The notes under the pieces are model-generated. The model did no database searches, was not told where the DNA came from, and saw nothing but the letters and a program-made list of their open reading frames with translations. Made by a program: the position numbers and the translations under genes. A stretch of 61,097 bases of DNA, filler included. It is 8 parts of 8 records of this genome, joined end to end, with 100 filler letters (N's around TTAATTAATTAA, not from the genome) between each part and the next. Parts side by side here need not be neighbours in the genome. Positions count along the whole stretch, not along the records: positions 21,914 to 33,583 come from SRR31156797_20258; positions 33,684 to 42,311 come from SRR31156797_20279; 6 more parts are not named here. One strand, given 5' to 3'. Each line of letters starts with the position of its first letter. Within the stretch, counting starts at the first letter, position 1. This document shows, piece by piece, positions 29,608 through 40,032 of the stretch.

Positions 29608-30579
29608 TTAATTAATAAATATTTCTACACCCTGTGGCTTAACGGTTTTTATATTACCCTCAGCGTCAAAATTCAAACTATCAAGGCAAAGCTGTCTAAG
29701 CACAAAGTTTTCTTTTTGTGGAAAAATTCGATGATAGAGGATATAATCCTGTCCGCCATGAGAAAATACACAGTGATGACCGGGACCATAAGTCGTACTG
29801 TCTGCCGAGGTTTTTAGGATAGGGCTGTTTGGCCCTTCCTCAAATGGTCCCCAAGGGCTTTTAGCTGTAGCATAGCGAACATTATAGGTATGGTCTATTG
29901 CTTTCCCGTTGGAATACATCAGGTAGTAGGTTCCATTCTTTTTCATCATTACCGGACCTTCAAAAAAGTTAGGCGGAGAAACGTCAGTTGGTTCTTTCTG
30001 AAAATCAACCATATTTTCTGCCAAAGGAACCAACCAGCATTTTCCATTCACCCAGTTCAAACCTGATCCCCAGTACAAGTATGCCTGCTTATCATCATCA
30101 ACAAAACACTCGGCATCAATCATGTGGTAACCCGGAATCATATTGCCGGGGATTAAGGGAGTACCATCTTCTTTTGCATTTTCCCAAGGTCCAAGTGGAT
30201 GTTCTGCTGTTCCTGCCCAAACCTCATTGCCTACAGAAACATACATATAAAACTTCCCGTCGGCACCTTGCACTACTGAAGGAGCCCAAACCATATCCCT
30301 GCCAGAAGTTGGACTGGTACATGCCTTTTTTGTTGGCCAGTTTATATGTTTTTGTTCAAAGCTCTTAAAATCGGCGGTTTCAAAAACAGCAAGTTCTTCA
30401 CCACCCCAGGGGTCAATCGTTGCATATATGTAATACTTGCCTTCATACAGCACAATAGAAGGATCGGCAAAGTAACCCTCAATAATTGGATTTGACAGTA
30501 TTTCCTTTGGTTCTGTTGTACATCCGCAAATCACAATTGAGGAAAACAAAACAAACAATGATCTCTTAAAGTATCTCAT
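29608..30579 (-). CDS. GH43 glycoside hydrolase lipoprotein
   Basis: FADPS, WAPS, IDAE, EGP, GPGHH. Lipobox ICGC after ATG 30579. Confidence 0.9.
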   Translation of the reverse strand: MRYFKRSLFVLFSSIVICGCTTEPKEILSNPIIEGYFADPSIVLYEGKYYIYATIDPWGGEELAVFETADFKSFEQKHINWPTKKACTSPTSGRDMVWAPSVVQGADGKFYMYVSVGNEVWAGTAEHPLGPWENAKEDGTPLIPGNMIPGYHMIDAECFVDDDKQAYLYWGSGLNWVNGKCWLVPLAENMVDFQKEPTDVSPPNFFEGPVMMKKNGTYYLMYSNGKAIDHTYNVRYATAKSPWGPFEEGPNSPILKTSADSTTYGPGHHCVFSHGGQDYILYHRIFPQKENFVLRQLCLDSLNFDAEGNIKTVKPQGVEIFIN

Positions 30580-30649
30580 TTTAAAGTTATTATTATTTGA
30601 CATAGGTAAATAGTTATTAGTAATTGGCAATTAGCTATTGCTTTTTTGA

Positions 30650-32119
30650 TCAAAGCAGGGAGTATTTGAAATTATTAAAACGTACTTTATTATTTCCGGT
30701 GGCTATCAAGCCTATTCGAATGGCTAAAAATCCCCTATGAATATTATGCTCCATCTTAGATACATCTAAATCTTCCATCACCGTATTCCAATGTTTTCCA
30801 TCATAACTTACTGCAAAAGAACATTTATTCCTGTCGTTTTTAATTCGTAAAGAAACAGGGGCGTTGTTTGCCATCGGACTTGATTTTCTGTCGGTTGCGT
30901 TTTTATAAACAATTAAACTATCTGTACTGATTTCGATACCTGCAAAGGCTTTTTCGTTATAAAAAAGGAGCAGGCCTCCATTACTTCCTTGTCCGGGTTC
31001 AAGAGTAACTTGTACCTGGTAACTGGTATCTTGTGGAGTACATAACAATAGCTGACCATCAACAGGGGAACTTCCTTTGCCTTTCATATAAAGGCTATTG
31101 TTTTTGAGCTGAATTGCATTGCTGTCATAGTTACGCCAAGCCATCCATTGCAGTCCCGGTTCTTTGCCAGAAAAGTTGTCAGAAAGATTAAAGCCAGTTG
31201 TTTTTATCTCTGATTTTGGCAAGGCTTTAATTGGTTTTTTTGCAAGCTTAAACCATCCATCATCAGTCCATTCTAAAGGTTCAATTAAAGTTTGCCGCCC
31301 CATAGTATGTAAGCTGTTTTGATAAGCATGATAAACGATCCACCAATTACCATTTATATCATCAATGATTGTTCCATGCCCTTTAGACCACCATTCTTCA
31401 TCGGCTGAATACGTATGTACAATAGGATTATATGGCGAATTTTCCCAAGGGCCGTTTATACTTTTCGAACGTGCAGAAATAACCATATGACTTGTTGGTG
31501 GCCCGGCAGTACCTCCCTCTGCACTGGTTAGATAATAGTATTCGCCATGTTTAATAATTTTAGGGGACTCAAGCCACTTTCCCTCCGTAATCCATTCCTC
31601 AGGGAAATCCCATCCGGAATAAACGGTTTCCATTTCACCAATTGCTGCAAGACCAGTACCTGTAAGCCCTACCCGGTTTCCTCCTGAGAGGAAAAGGTAC
31701 CGATTGCCTTTTTCCCCAACGGCATGTCCGGGATCAATCTTACCAACATTCAGGTTAATGGGTTTACTCCATGGCCCATAAATATCTGTAGCCCAAATTA
31801 CCCAATTCGTTTCTGCCGATGGGATGTAAATATAAAATGTATCGCGATACATCACCAAGTCGGGAGCCATCGCACTTCCAATCATATCTGGCATTGCCCG
31901 GCAAACCGGTTCCCAATGTTCTAAATCGGTAGAATGCCAGATTAAGAAACCCGGCGTATAAATGAAAGGCGAATGGGTCATGTAGTAGTCTTTACCTACA
32001 CGAACAATTGATGGATCAGGATAATCACCCGGTAAAACTACCTTTGGATATTCTTGACCCGAAACCAGGCTTGTAAACAAACCAATACAACAAATTACGG
32101 TACTAATAAATTTAATCAT
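30650..32119 (-). CDS. GH43 beta-xylosidase/arabinofuranosidase with C-terminal beta-sandwich
   Basis: YPDPSIVRVG, APD, IDPG, ESPK, KGHG. Confidence 0.9.
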   Translation of the reverse strand: MIKFISTVICCIGLFTSLVSGQEYPKVVLPGDYPDPSIVRVGKDYYMTHSPFIYTPGFLIWHSTDLEHWEPVCRAMPDMIGSAMAPDLVMYRDTFYIYIPSAETNWVIWATDIYGPWSKPINLNVGKIDPGHAVGEKGNRYLFLSGGNRVGLTGTGLAAIGEMETVYSGWDFPEEWITEGKWLESPKIIKHGEYYYLTSAEGGTAGPPTSHMVISARSKSINGPWENSPYNPIVHTYSADEEWWSKGHGTIIDDINGNWWIVYHAYQNSLHTMGRQTLIEPLEWTDDGWFKLAKKPIKALPKSEIKTTGFNLSDNFSGKEPGLQWMAWRNYDSNAIQLKNNSLYMKGKGSSPVDGQLLLCTPQDTSYQVQVTLEPGQGSNGGLLLFYNEKAFAGIEISTDSLIVYKNATDRKSSPMANNAPVSLRIKNDRNKCSFAVSYDGKHWNTVMEDLDVSKMEHNIHRGFLAIRIGLIATGNNKVRFNNFKYSLL

Positions 32120-32248
32120 GATGATTTCCTTTTATACAATCAAAGTTCCTCTACATCCTGAAAACAGGCTTACTCCATAAGATTGGATTGAAACTCCTTC
32201 ATAAATTATGCAAATCTATTTTACTCAATCTGCCTTCAGAACCTTTCG

Positions 32249-33583
32249 TTATTCTGTTATAATCTTAAATCCCACTGCGGTTGAAAATTCCATTTTTGCA
32301 GGACATTCAATCGTAAGAGCATCATCAGTCTGTTCCCACCTCACAGGCTCTTTGCTGCCAAGCAGCTCTATCTTACTGATTTTGCCATCAAGTAAGCCGA
32401 CATTCATTCCTAGTGAAAGAATACGGAGTTCTTCTCCTGTCTCGGGAACTATCATACACCAGGCATACAAACTGCCATCTTTCCCAACAGTGAAACGGAA
32501 ATCGGATGTAGAAAAGGGATGGCTGGCATGCCTTTCATTAATTTTGCCGCCGGGTAAAACATTGAGTTTTCCATTGGCTCCTTCTCCCAGCACTTTCCAT
32601 GCCTTGCTGCCATAAATACCTTGTCCGTTGATACGCATCCACTCTCCGATTTCCTTCAACATCTTTGAACTACCCTCATCCAGGGAACCATCGGAGAGCA
32701 ATGAAACGCACAAGCCCAAGTTGCCGTCACGAGCAAGCTCCTCCAACAAATACCGGATTACAGCACTGGAACTGTAGCTAAAGTTGGGACCATAAAACCA
32801 GTCACCAACCGGCATCTCAGCTATCCAGTCCTGATCTGTCTTAATGCCCGGTGGAATACAAGTTTCCTGGGTATTAACTGCCCCATTGGTTTTATTTCGA
32901 AACTTAATGATGCTGAAAACATCAACCTCACCACGACGTTCCAATGTCTTATTATAGTAATCGGCAAGCACACGCTGCATGGCATCGCACCGATAGCCGG
33001 TCCCCGTGCCAAAGCCACTGAATGGCTGCTGATCGGTACCATCTGTATAAATAAAGTCTGGTTGGTATTTATCTACTGCATCCATCATGCGCAATGCCCA
33101 CCATTTGGCATACCATTCTGAAAAATCCAGGTGATTTGTAAAAATTCCTGCCGGCGGCGGAGTCCAGTTCGAGTTAACTGCCTTAACAACCCCTTTGTAC
33201 TCACGCAAATTAATCCCATAAAGCATACGAGGATCAAGGCCTTCCCACCATTTACCTTTTCCATCTGCAAGAGTAAGGTTTCCATCGTATGGAACACCTG
33301 CCTTGGGACCTTCTGTGTCGCTATGAAAAGCAGTTTGCCACCACCACCAGGAATACTCGTGATGAAAAGTAATTCCGAAACGAATACCTGCTTTTCTGGC
33401 TTCATGCTCCCATTCAGCCATTAAATCGCGTTTAGGACCAAGCCGGGTAGAATTCCAGGGTTGATACTTTGAGTCCCACATATCAAACTGGTCGTGGTGA
33501 ACACCCTGAATGATCAGAAAACGTGCACCTGCATCCCGGTAAATTTCAACAAGTTTAGCAGGATCAAGCTTCTCAGGATTCCA
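32249..33583 (-). CDS. Alpha-L-fucosidase GH29 (5' truncated)
   Basis: Frame extends to the contig edge through GARF...HHDQFDMWDSKYQPWNS; GPKRDL, IYTD, WMRINGQGIYGS. Confidence 0.88.
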   Translation of the reverse strand, partial: WNPEKLDPAKLVEIYRDAGARFLIIQGVHHDQFDMWDSKYQPWNSTRLGPKRDLMAEWEHEARKAGIRFGITFHHEYSWWWWQTAFHSDTEGPKAGVPYDGNLTLADGKGKWWEGLDPRMLYGINLREYKGVVKAVNSNWTPPPAGIFTNHLDFSEWYAKWWALRMMDAVDKYQPDFIYTDGTDQQPFSGFGTGTGYRCDAMQRVLADYYNKTLERRGEVDVFSIIKFRNKTNGAVNTQETCIPPGIKTDQDWIAEMPVGDWFYGPNFSYSSSAVIRYLLEELARDGNLGLCVSLLSDGSLDEGSSKMLKEIGEWMRINGQGIYGSKAWKVLGEGANGKLNVLPGGKINERHASHPFSTSDFRFTVGKDGSLYAWCMIVPETGEELRILSLGMNVGLLDGKISKIELLGSKEPVRWEQTDDALTIECPAKMEFSTAVGFKIITE

Positions 33584-33683
33584 NNNNNNNNNNNNNNNNN
33601 NNNNNNNNNNNNNNNNNNNNNNNNNNNTTAATTAATTAANNNNNNNNNNNNNNNNNNNNNNNNNNNNNNNNNNNNNNNNNNNN
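33584..33683. other. Artificial contig linker
   Basis: Same spacer. Confidence 0.98.
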
Positions 33684-35384
33684 CGGGTGGAGGTGCTCAA
33701 GGGCCCCCAGGGCACCCTGTACGGAAGGAACAGCGAATCCGGGGTGATCCATGTGATCACCCATAAGCCCGGCAAGGAGGCCAGGGCCCGGGTTTCGGGG
33801 GACGTCTCCTGGTTTGACACCCCCCACGGCAGGGAACCCGGGCAAACCTTCCAGGCCCAGGCAAGCGGCCCCCTTGTTTCAGACACCCTTTTTGCCGGAA
33901 TTGCCGCAAGCCAGCAGCATTCAAGCGGATTTCGCACCGGCCTTGGGGATGACAAGGCCGATGATGCCGACCACATGGAGGTGAGGGGCACCCTGCGCTG
34001 GATCCCCGGGGACCGCTGGGACGTCACCTGGATCACCGATCACAGCGACCACGATGATACCACCGGTTTTTACCGTTTCTTCACCGGCCCCTTCGCCACC
34101 GACCGGTTCGAGATCAATCAGGACGGGGAGAACACCACCCGCCTGGACGGAACGGGCCAGAACCTGAGAATCGAATACAGGGGCGAACACCATACCCTCC
34201 TCTCCATCACGGGATACCGGGAGTTTGAGCGGGCCTTCTCCAATGACTTCGACTGCACCCCGGTTCCCATGGGCACTAACAAATTCGATATCGACAACCA
34301 CACCCTGAGCCAGGAAATCCGGATCAACTCGGTCCGGGGGGACACCCCCTTGGGATGGACCCTGGGGATCTACGGATTTAAAGAGAAAAACACCATCTAT
34401 TTTGACATGGTCCGTAAGAATCCGGCCATGGGAGCCGACCGGCGCACCCGGACCGATGCCGACGGATGGGCCCTGTTCGGCCAGGGCAACTACACCCTCG
34501 GCAACCGCCTCCACCTGACCGCCGGGCTCAGGGTCGACCATTTAAGCCAGGAGGGCACCCAGACATTGACCGGCCTGTCCGGGAACGCATCCTATTCAAA
34601 AACCATGGACGACACCGAGGTGCTGCCCCGGGCATCCCTCTCCTATGAAATCAATCCCGATATCCAGGTGTATGCCACCTGGGCCAAGGGATTCCTGGCC
34701 GGGGGCTACGCCTACCATCTGGCAACGGATGCCGACACCCTGGTGTATGACCCGGAATACACCGTCAACTACGAGGCCGGCATCAAGTCCCGCTGGTTCG
34801 ACCAGCGGCTGGGCCTTGATCTGGCCTGTTTTTACATCGACATGGCGGACAAGCAGATCACCGAATACCTTCCCGGGGGAACCCGAAAGATCAGCAATGC
34901 GGCCAGCGCCCACTCCCAGGGGGTGGAACTGGATCTCAAGGCACGGCCCGCAAGGGGACTGGAACTGACCGCGGGCCTGGGATATACGCGGGCCGTCATC
35001 GACGACTGGCGCGCCATGGAATACCGGCCGGGATCGCCCCAACCGGTCCCCTACGACTACGGCGGCCGGGACCTGCCCAATGTGCCTGAATTCACCTATC
35101 GCCTGGGGGCCCAGTACATGGCCATGAACGGGTTGTTTGCCCGGATTGATTACCTGGGAACCGGAGCATTCTATTTTGACGCCAAAAACACCATGAAAGA
35201 ATCCGCCTATGGTCTTGTCAACCTTCGACTGGGGTATGTGGGAGAGCGCTTCGACCTCATCTTCTGGGCAAAGAACCTGTTTGACGAACCCTATGAGACC
35301 ATCAAAATCGACTGGAACGGCCAGGAGCTTGGCCAGGACGGTTCCCCCCGGCAGTTTGGAATGAAAATCAGCTGGCGCATGTAA
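33684..35384 (+). CDS. TonB-dependent receptor (5' truncated), siderophore-receptor-like
   Basis: RVEVLKGPQGTLYGRN, NYEAGIKS, KNLFDEPY, C-terminal beta-strand. Confidence 0.92.
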   Translation, partial: RVEVLKGPQGTLYGRNSESGVIHVITHKPGKEARARVSGDVSWFDTPHGREPGQTFQAQASGPLVSDTLFAGIAASQQHSSGFRTGLGDDKADDADHMEVRGTLRWIPGDRWDVTWITDHSDHDDTTGFYRFFTGPFATDRFEINQDGENTTRLDGTGQNLRIEYRGEHHTLLSITGYREFERAFSNDFDCTPVPMGTNKFDIDNHTLSQEIRINSVRGDTPLGWTLGIYGFKEKNTIYFDMVRKNPAMGADRRTRTDADGWALFGQGNYTLGNRLHLTAGLRVDHLSQEGTQTLTGLSGNASYSKTMDDTEVLPRASLSYEINPDIQVYATWAKGFLAGGYAYHLATDADTLVYDPEYTVNYEAGIKSRWFDQRLGLDLACFYIDMADKQITEYLPGGTRKISNAASAHSQGVELDLKARPARGLELTAGLGYTRAVIDDWRAMEYRPGSPQPVPYDYGGRDLPNVPEFTYRLGAQYMAMNGLFARIDYLGTGAFYFDAKNTMKESAYGLVNLRLGYVGERFDLIFWAKNLFDEPYETIKIDWNGQELGQDGSPRQFGMKISWRM

Positions 35385-35421
35385 CCAAACAAAACCTGAA
35401 AAAAGAAAAGAAAGGAAAACC

Positions 35422-36453
35422 ATGTTAAAAACAATGCCCAGGATAGAAACCCGTTTTGACACCCTGTTTGCGCTGCTAAAGGGGCCGGTGCAAATGGCAA
35501 GCCTGCTGACCGCCATCGAGCTTGAACTCTTCGACCTCACGGACGATACAAGTCCCACGGCAAAAGAGGTGGCAGCCGCCCTCGGCTCCCATAACGCCAA
35601 CACAGGGCTTCTGCTGGATGCCCTTACGGCCATGGGGCTTTTGACCAAGCGCAAGGGCCGCTACACCAACACCGCCCTTGCGGCCACGTTTCTGGTCAGC
35701 TCCAAACCGACCTGTCTCGGGGAAATGTTTCTCTCCCTGGCAAGCCTTCAGCACCGGGAACTCGGTAACCTCAAGCAACGGGTCCTCGATGGCCCGGCCC
35801 CCCTCTCCCCGGAAATGAACCTGAACCTGAAGGAAAAATGGGCGGCCGCCACCGGCTATCTGGCCAATTACCAACGGGCGGGCATGGCCCAGGATGCCGT
35901 GGCATGGATCTCCTCCCTGCCCGAATTTCCGAACCTCTCCACCATGCTGGATCTCGGCGGCGGCCCCGGCCTTGTGGGCATCTCCCTGGTGCAGGCCCAC
36001 CCCACCCTCAGGGGAGTGCTCTTTGACCTTCCGGGGGTGGCCGATGCGGCCCGGACCTGCATCCGGGAATATAGGGTGGACCACCGCATGGAAGCCATTG
36101 CCGGGGATTACAATTGTGACGATTTCGGGTCCGGCTATGACCTGATCTGGACCAGCATGAACCTCTACTATGTCAAAGGCCCCCTGGAAGCGTTCATGGA
36201 GCGGCTCTACAATGCCCTCAATCCGGGCGGGGTCCTTGTCAGTTTCCATGAAGGCCTGGACCGGGAACGCACCCATCCGGCACTTCCGGTCATTACAAGG
36301 CTGGGGGTAGCCATGGCCGGCCAGGACCTCTCCTTTGACAAGGGGCGGCTGGCACAGGCCATGCTCTCGGCCGGCTTCGATTCCGTGCACTCCATGGAAA
36401 AACAGAGCCCCGTTGGATTGATGGACCTGGACATCGGGAGGAAACGCCCATGA
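35422..36453 (+). CDS. SAM-dependent methyltransferase (O-MT type with dimerisation domain)
   Basis: AIELELFD, LDLGGGPG, FDLPGV, ALNPGG. Confidence 0.9.
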   Translation: MLKTMPRIETRFDTLFALLKGPVQMASLLTAIELELFDLTDDTSPTAKEVAAALGSHNANTGLLLDALTAMGLLTKRKGRYTNTALAATFLVSSKPTCLGEMFLSLASLQHRELGNLKQRVLDGPAPLSPEMNLNLKEKWAAATGYLANYQRAGMAQDAVAWISSLPEFPNLSTMLDLGGGPGLVGISLVQAHPTLRGVLFDLPGVADAARTCIREYRVDHRMEAIAGDYNCDDFGSGYDLIWTSMNLYYVKGPLEAFMERLYNALNPGGVLVSFHEGLDRERTHPALPVITRLGVAMAGQDLSFDKGRLAQAMLSAGFDSVHSMEKQSPVGLMDLDIGRKRP

Positions 36454-37451
36454 CGGCCCTGTCCCCACGACGGTTTTCCCTGGCAACGGTCCTCTGGCTT
36501 GTAATCCTCCTGGCGGGAACCATGACGGCACAGGCCAGAGGACTGGTCCTTTCCGGGCCCCTGACCGCGGAGAGCTACCCCTTGATCTGGATGGCCGAGC
36601 ACGCCTCCCCGTCAAGCCCCCTGGGACGGATGGCATTCATCCCCTGGAACTCCCCGGACCAGATCCGAACCCTGCTCATCCGGGGAGAAGCGGATATCGC
36701 CGCCGTGCCGACGGCCATGGCCGCCAACCTCTTCAACCGGGGCCTGCCGGTGCAGCTGGCGGATGTCTCGTTTCCCCATAACCTCTGGATCGTATCCACC
36801 GAACCGGGCATCTCCACCCTCAAGGATATGCGGGGGAAAACCATTGCCATGCCGTTCCGGGGAGACATGCCCGAAATCATCTTCTCCCTCCTGGCCCACC
36901 ATGCCGGCCTTGACATGAAACAGGACCTTTGCCTGCGTTACCCCGGCACGCCCATGGATGCGGTCCAGCTGCTGTTAATGGGCCGGGTCAACCACGCCTT
37001 TCTCGGGGAGCCCGCCGTGAGCGCGGCCCTGGTGAACAAGGGCCGCCTTCCCAAAGGCGCCGGCCCGGCACCCTATTGCAGCGTCAACATGCAGGCGGAA
37101 TGGAGACGGTACAGCGGCCAGGCATCCTACCTGCCCCTGGCCTGCACCCTGATCAACGGCAGTTCCCGCCTGGCCCCGAAAAAAATCGCCATGTTCCGGG
37201 ATGCGTACAACCAGGGGGCACGGCAATGCGCCCAGGACCCCGAAACGGCGGCACGGCTGGTGGCCGGCCATTTCCCCATGCTCAAACGCCCCATGCTCGA
37301 AGGTCTGCTCCGGGAAGGGGCACTGGACATTGAACCGGCGATCCGGGCCCGGCCGGCCCTGGACTTTTTTTTCAACCAGCTCCTGGCGGTCAATCCCAGG
37401 GTGATCGGCGGGAAGATACCGGATAACCGCTTTTACTGGAGTAAACCGTGA
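36450..37451 (+). CDS. ABC transporter substrate-binding protein (SsuA/THI5-like)
   Basis: Signal peptide; LKDMRGKTIA, GEP. Confidence 0.8.
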   Translation: MTALSPRRFSLATVLWLVILLAGTMTAQARGLVLSGPLTAESYPLIWMAEHASPSSPLGRMAFIPWNSPDQIRTLLIRGEADIAAVPTAMAANLFNRGLPVQLADVSFPHNLWIVSTEPGISTLKDMRGKTIAMPFRGDMPEIIFSLLAHHAGLDMKQDLCLRYPGTPMDAVQLLLMGRVNHAFLGEPAVSAALVNKGRLPKGAGPAPYCSVNMQAEWRRYSGQASYLPLACTLINGSSRLAPKKIAMFRDAYNQGARQCAQDPETAARLVAGHFPMLKRPMLEGLLREGALDIEPAIRARPALDFFFNQLLAVNPRVIGGKIPDNRFYWSKP

Positions 37452-38248
37452 ATCAGAACATCACCGCCAGGTCCGGCACAAGGGGCAAGGATACGGGGAA
37501 AATTCCCATGGGGATTGCCGGCGCCGTTACCGCCCTGGCCCTGTGGCAGGCCGCATCCATGAAGATGCACGGCCTGGTCATCGCCTCCCCCCTGGAGACG
37601 ATCCAGGCCCTGGCCACATTGATGGGCTCCCGTGAATTTTGCCTGGACCATTTTCTCACAAGCTTCAAACGCATGTTTGCCGGCATTTTCCTGGGAGCCG
37701 CCGCAGGGTTTGCCCTGGGCATCGCCGCAGGGGTGAACCGGGACGTCAAGCATTTCCTGGAACCGTTCTTCTGGGTCCTCATGAGCGTCCCGGCGGTGGT
37801 GGTGGTGGTGGTGGCCATGCTCTGGCTCGGCATGGGCTCCTCAATGGTGATCTTCATCGCCTCCCTGATGCTCAGTCCCGTTGTCTATGTCAACACGGCC
37901 AGGGGCATTGAAGCCGCGGATCCCAAACTCAGGGAAATGACGGAGATTTACGGTTTTTCCCGGTGGATGCGGGTGCGCCATTTCTACCTCATGTCCGTTG
38001 CCGCTCCGGTGGGGGCGGCCCTGGCCATTGTCGTGGGCAACGGGGTTCGCATCGTCATCCTCACCGAAGTGATGGGGGCGGACGGAGGCATCGGGTTCGT
38101 GCTTTCCAGGGCCAGGACCTGCCTGGACATTCCGGAACTCTATGCCTGTGTCCTCCTGAGCCTCATGATCGTGTTCATTTTCGAAATCCTGCTGATCCGT
38201 CCTCTCCGAAACGCCCTGACCCGATGGAGGGGGCCCCATGATCGTTGA
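37448..38248 (+). CDS. ABC transporter permease (SsuC-like)
   Basis: Multiple TM segments; EAA-like loop; EVMGADGGIG. Confidence 0.88.
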   Translation: MNQNITARSGTRGKDTGKIPMGIAGAVTALALWQAASMKMHGLVIASPLETIQALATLMGSREFCLDHFLTSFKRMFAGIFLGAAAGFALGIAAGVNRDVKHFLEPFFWVLMSVPAVVVVVVAMLWLGMGSSMVIFIASLMLSPVVYVNTARGIEAADPKLREMTEIYGFSRWMRVRHFYLMSVAAPVGAALAIVVGNGVRIVILTEVMGADGGIGFVLSRARTCLDIPELYACVLLSLMIVFIFEILLIRPLRNALTRWRGPHDR

Positions 38249-38897
38249 ATTTGACAGGGTTTCCAAAATCTACCAGGGAACGCCGGTGCTCCGGGATATC
38301 AGCCTCACCATCCATCACCCGGAGATTGTCGGCATTATCGGCCCCAGCGGCACGGGAAAAACCACCCTGCTGAAACTGATATCAGGCATGGAACGGCCCT
38401 CCAAAGGCCGGGTTGTCTGCCGTGCCAAACGCCTGGGATACGTATTCCAGGAACCCCGCCTCCTCCCCTGGGAAACGGCCCTGAAAAACGTGGCCCTGCC
38501 CCTGATCGCCAGGGGCGCGTCCGGACAAAAGGCCGATGCCGTCGCCAGCCAATACTTGGAACGGATGGGACTGGCCGCCTTTTTGAATGCCTACCCCTCG
38601 AATCTGTCCGGGGGCATGGTGCAGCGGGTGGCCCTGGCCAGGGCCTTTGCCGTTGAGCCGGACCTGCTGCTCTTTGATGAGGCATTCAACGGCCTGGACA
38701 AGGGGCTCAAAAGAGAAATGGTCGAGATGGTACGGACCAGGGCCGCGGAACGACCGGTCACCATCATTTTTGTGACCCATCTTCTGGAAGAGATGGAAGG
38801 ACTTGCAAACCGGCTCATCACCCTTTCAGCCCAGGAACCCATTGCCATCACCCGGCCCGGCCCTTCAGGGGAAACGGCTGTTCACAACGCTTTTTGA
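38238..38897 (+). CDS. ABC transporter ATP-binding protein
   Basis: GPSGTGKT, LSGGMVQR, LLLFDE, H-loop. Confidence 0.93.
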   Translation: MIVEFDRVSKIYQGTPVLRDISLTIHHPEIVGIIGPSGTGKTTLLKLISGMERPSKGRVVCRAKRLGYVFQEPRLLPWETALKNVALPLIARGASGQKADAVASQYLERMGLAAFLNAYPSNLSGGMVQRVALARAFAVEPDLLLFDEAFNGLDKGLKREMVEMVRTRAAERPVTIIFVTHLLEEMEGLANRLITLSAQEPIAITRPGPSGETAVHNAF

Positions 38898-39954
38898 ACG
38901 CCCTGGGAGAGAGATTGAACTGCTTTGAAAAGGCCCGGGCAAAATGGCTGGAACTGCAGAACCCCGCTTCATGGGCCGCCTGGGTCACGTTGAACCCTTT
39001 CCGGATCAAGAGCTGCCTGGCATGTTCCAGGCGCTGCCACCGGAGGTAGGCAAAGACCGTGCACCCGAACACCAGGCGAAATCCCCGGTTGAGTTTTGTA
39101 TGGCTCATGCCGGCCTCCCTGGCCAGTTCCTGGAGGGAAGGCGGGTTCTGCATCTGCCGGATAAGACTCCTGCCTGCCTGGTGGATCCTTCCGATCTCGC
39201 CCGGATCAAACCCGCCAAATTTTTTGAGGGTGGACGCCGGCCCGGCGATCTGCCCCAGCTTGTGGGCAATGAGCTCCATGGCCTTGCTCTCCAGGTAAAG
39301 ATTCCCCATGGGGGCGGGAAGGGGAGGGTTGAGAATCTGGCACAGGGTGTTCCGAATGGCCGGCGAAAATTTCTGGGTGCACTCCCAGGGGCTCTCCCCG
39401 TTTCCACCGAGGATCGACGCCACCGCCTTTGGGAAAAGGGCCCCCTGGTCTCCGACCATTTTTTCAAGATGTTCGGGGGCGATCTTGATCACAACGGCCT
39501 GGAAAAAATGACGGGGATCTATTTCCCGGGTGATGACAGTGTCCGGAAGATAATGGAGGCAGCTCTCGCCCTGCTGAAAATTAAGCCCCTCTTTCAAAAG
39601 GGAGGTCCGGGTCTCCGTATGGCCGGCAAGGGTGAAGACAAGGGTAACCACCGGGCGGTCAAACTCGATCTTCGCCAGGTAAGGGTGATCAAACCGGCAG
39701 TGGGAAATGGTCATCCGGATGCCTGAAGGAAAGCCGATCCTTCGGAACCGCCCCTTTCCAAGTTCCCGTGGCAGCTCCCAGGCCGTCTCACCGGACGTGG
39801 CCCCGGAAGCATCCTGGGAAAAAAACGCATGATCACATTTTTCGAACCGGCCCGAAGGTTTTCTGATCTTAACGATGGATCTCACAGGACTCCTTTTTCT
39901 TGTTGGTCTGGTGGTATCGGTCCTGATTTTTAAAAATAGCGGAAAGGATGTCAA
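38848..39954 (-). CDS. AraC-family regulator (PchR/YbtA-like); start uncertain
   Basis: LYLESKAMELI, PPSLQELAREAG, GFCSSSHFARAFSKQF. Confidence 0.9.
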   Translation of the reverse strand: MTSFPLFLKIRTDTTRPTRKRSPVRSIVKIRKPSGRFEKCDHAFFSQDASGATSGETAWELPRELGKGRFRRIGFPSGIRMTISHCRFDHPYLAKIEFDRPVVTLVFTLAGHTETRTSLLKEGLNFQQGESCLHYLPDTVITREIDPRHFFQAVVIKIAPEHLEKMVGDQGALFPKAVASILGGNGESPWECTQKFSPAIRNTLCQILNPPLPAPMGNLYLESKAMELIAHKLGQIAGPASTLKKFGGFDPGEIGRIHQAGRSLIRQMQNPPSLQELAREAGMSHTKLNRGFRLVFGCTVFAYLRWQRLEHARQLLIRKGFNVTQAAHEAGFCSSSHFARAFSKQFNLSPRAFKKRCEQPFPLKGRAG

Positions 39955-40032
39955 GGCTTATTTCTTCGGGTCAACTAACAAAGTTTTACAAACCAGGATT
40001 ATTTTGCGATTTTCTTCTTTCCAACGGCGTCG

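Noticed and set aside
34596-36636. Long minus-strand ORFs (352 and 386 aa)
   Set aside because: Antisense shadows of well-supported genes in GC-rich DNA, with no recognisable motifs.
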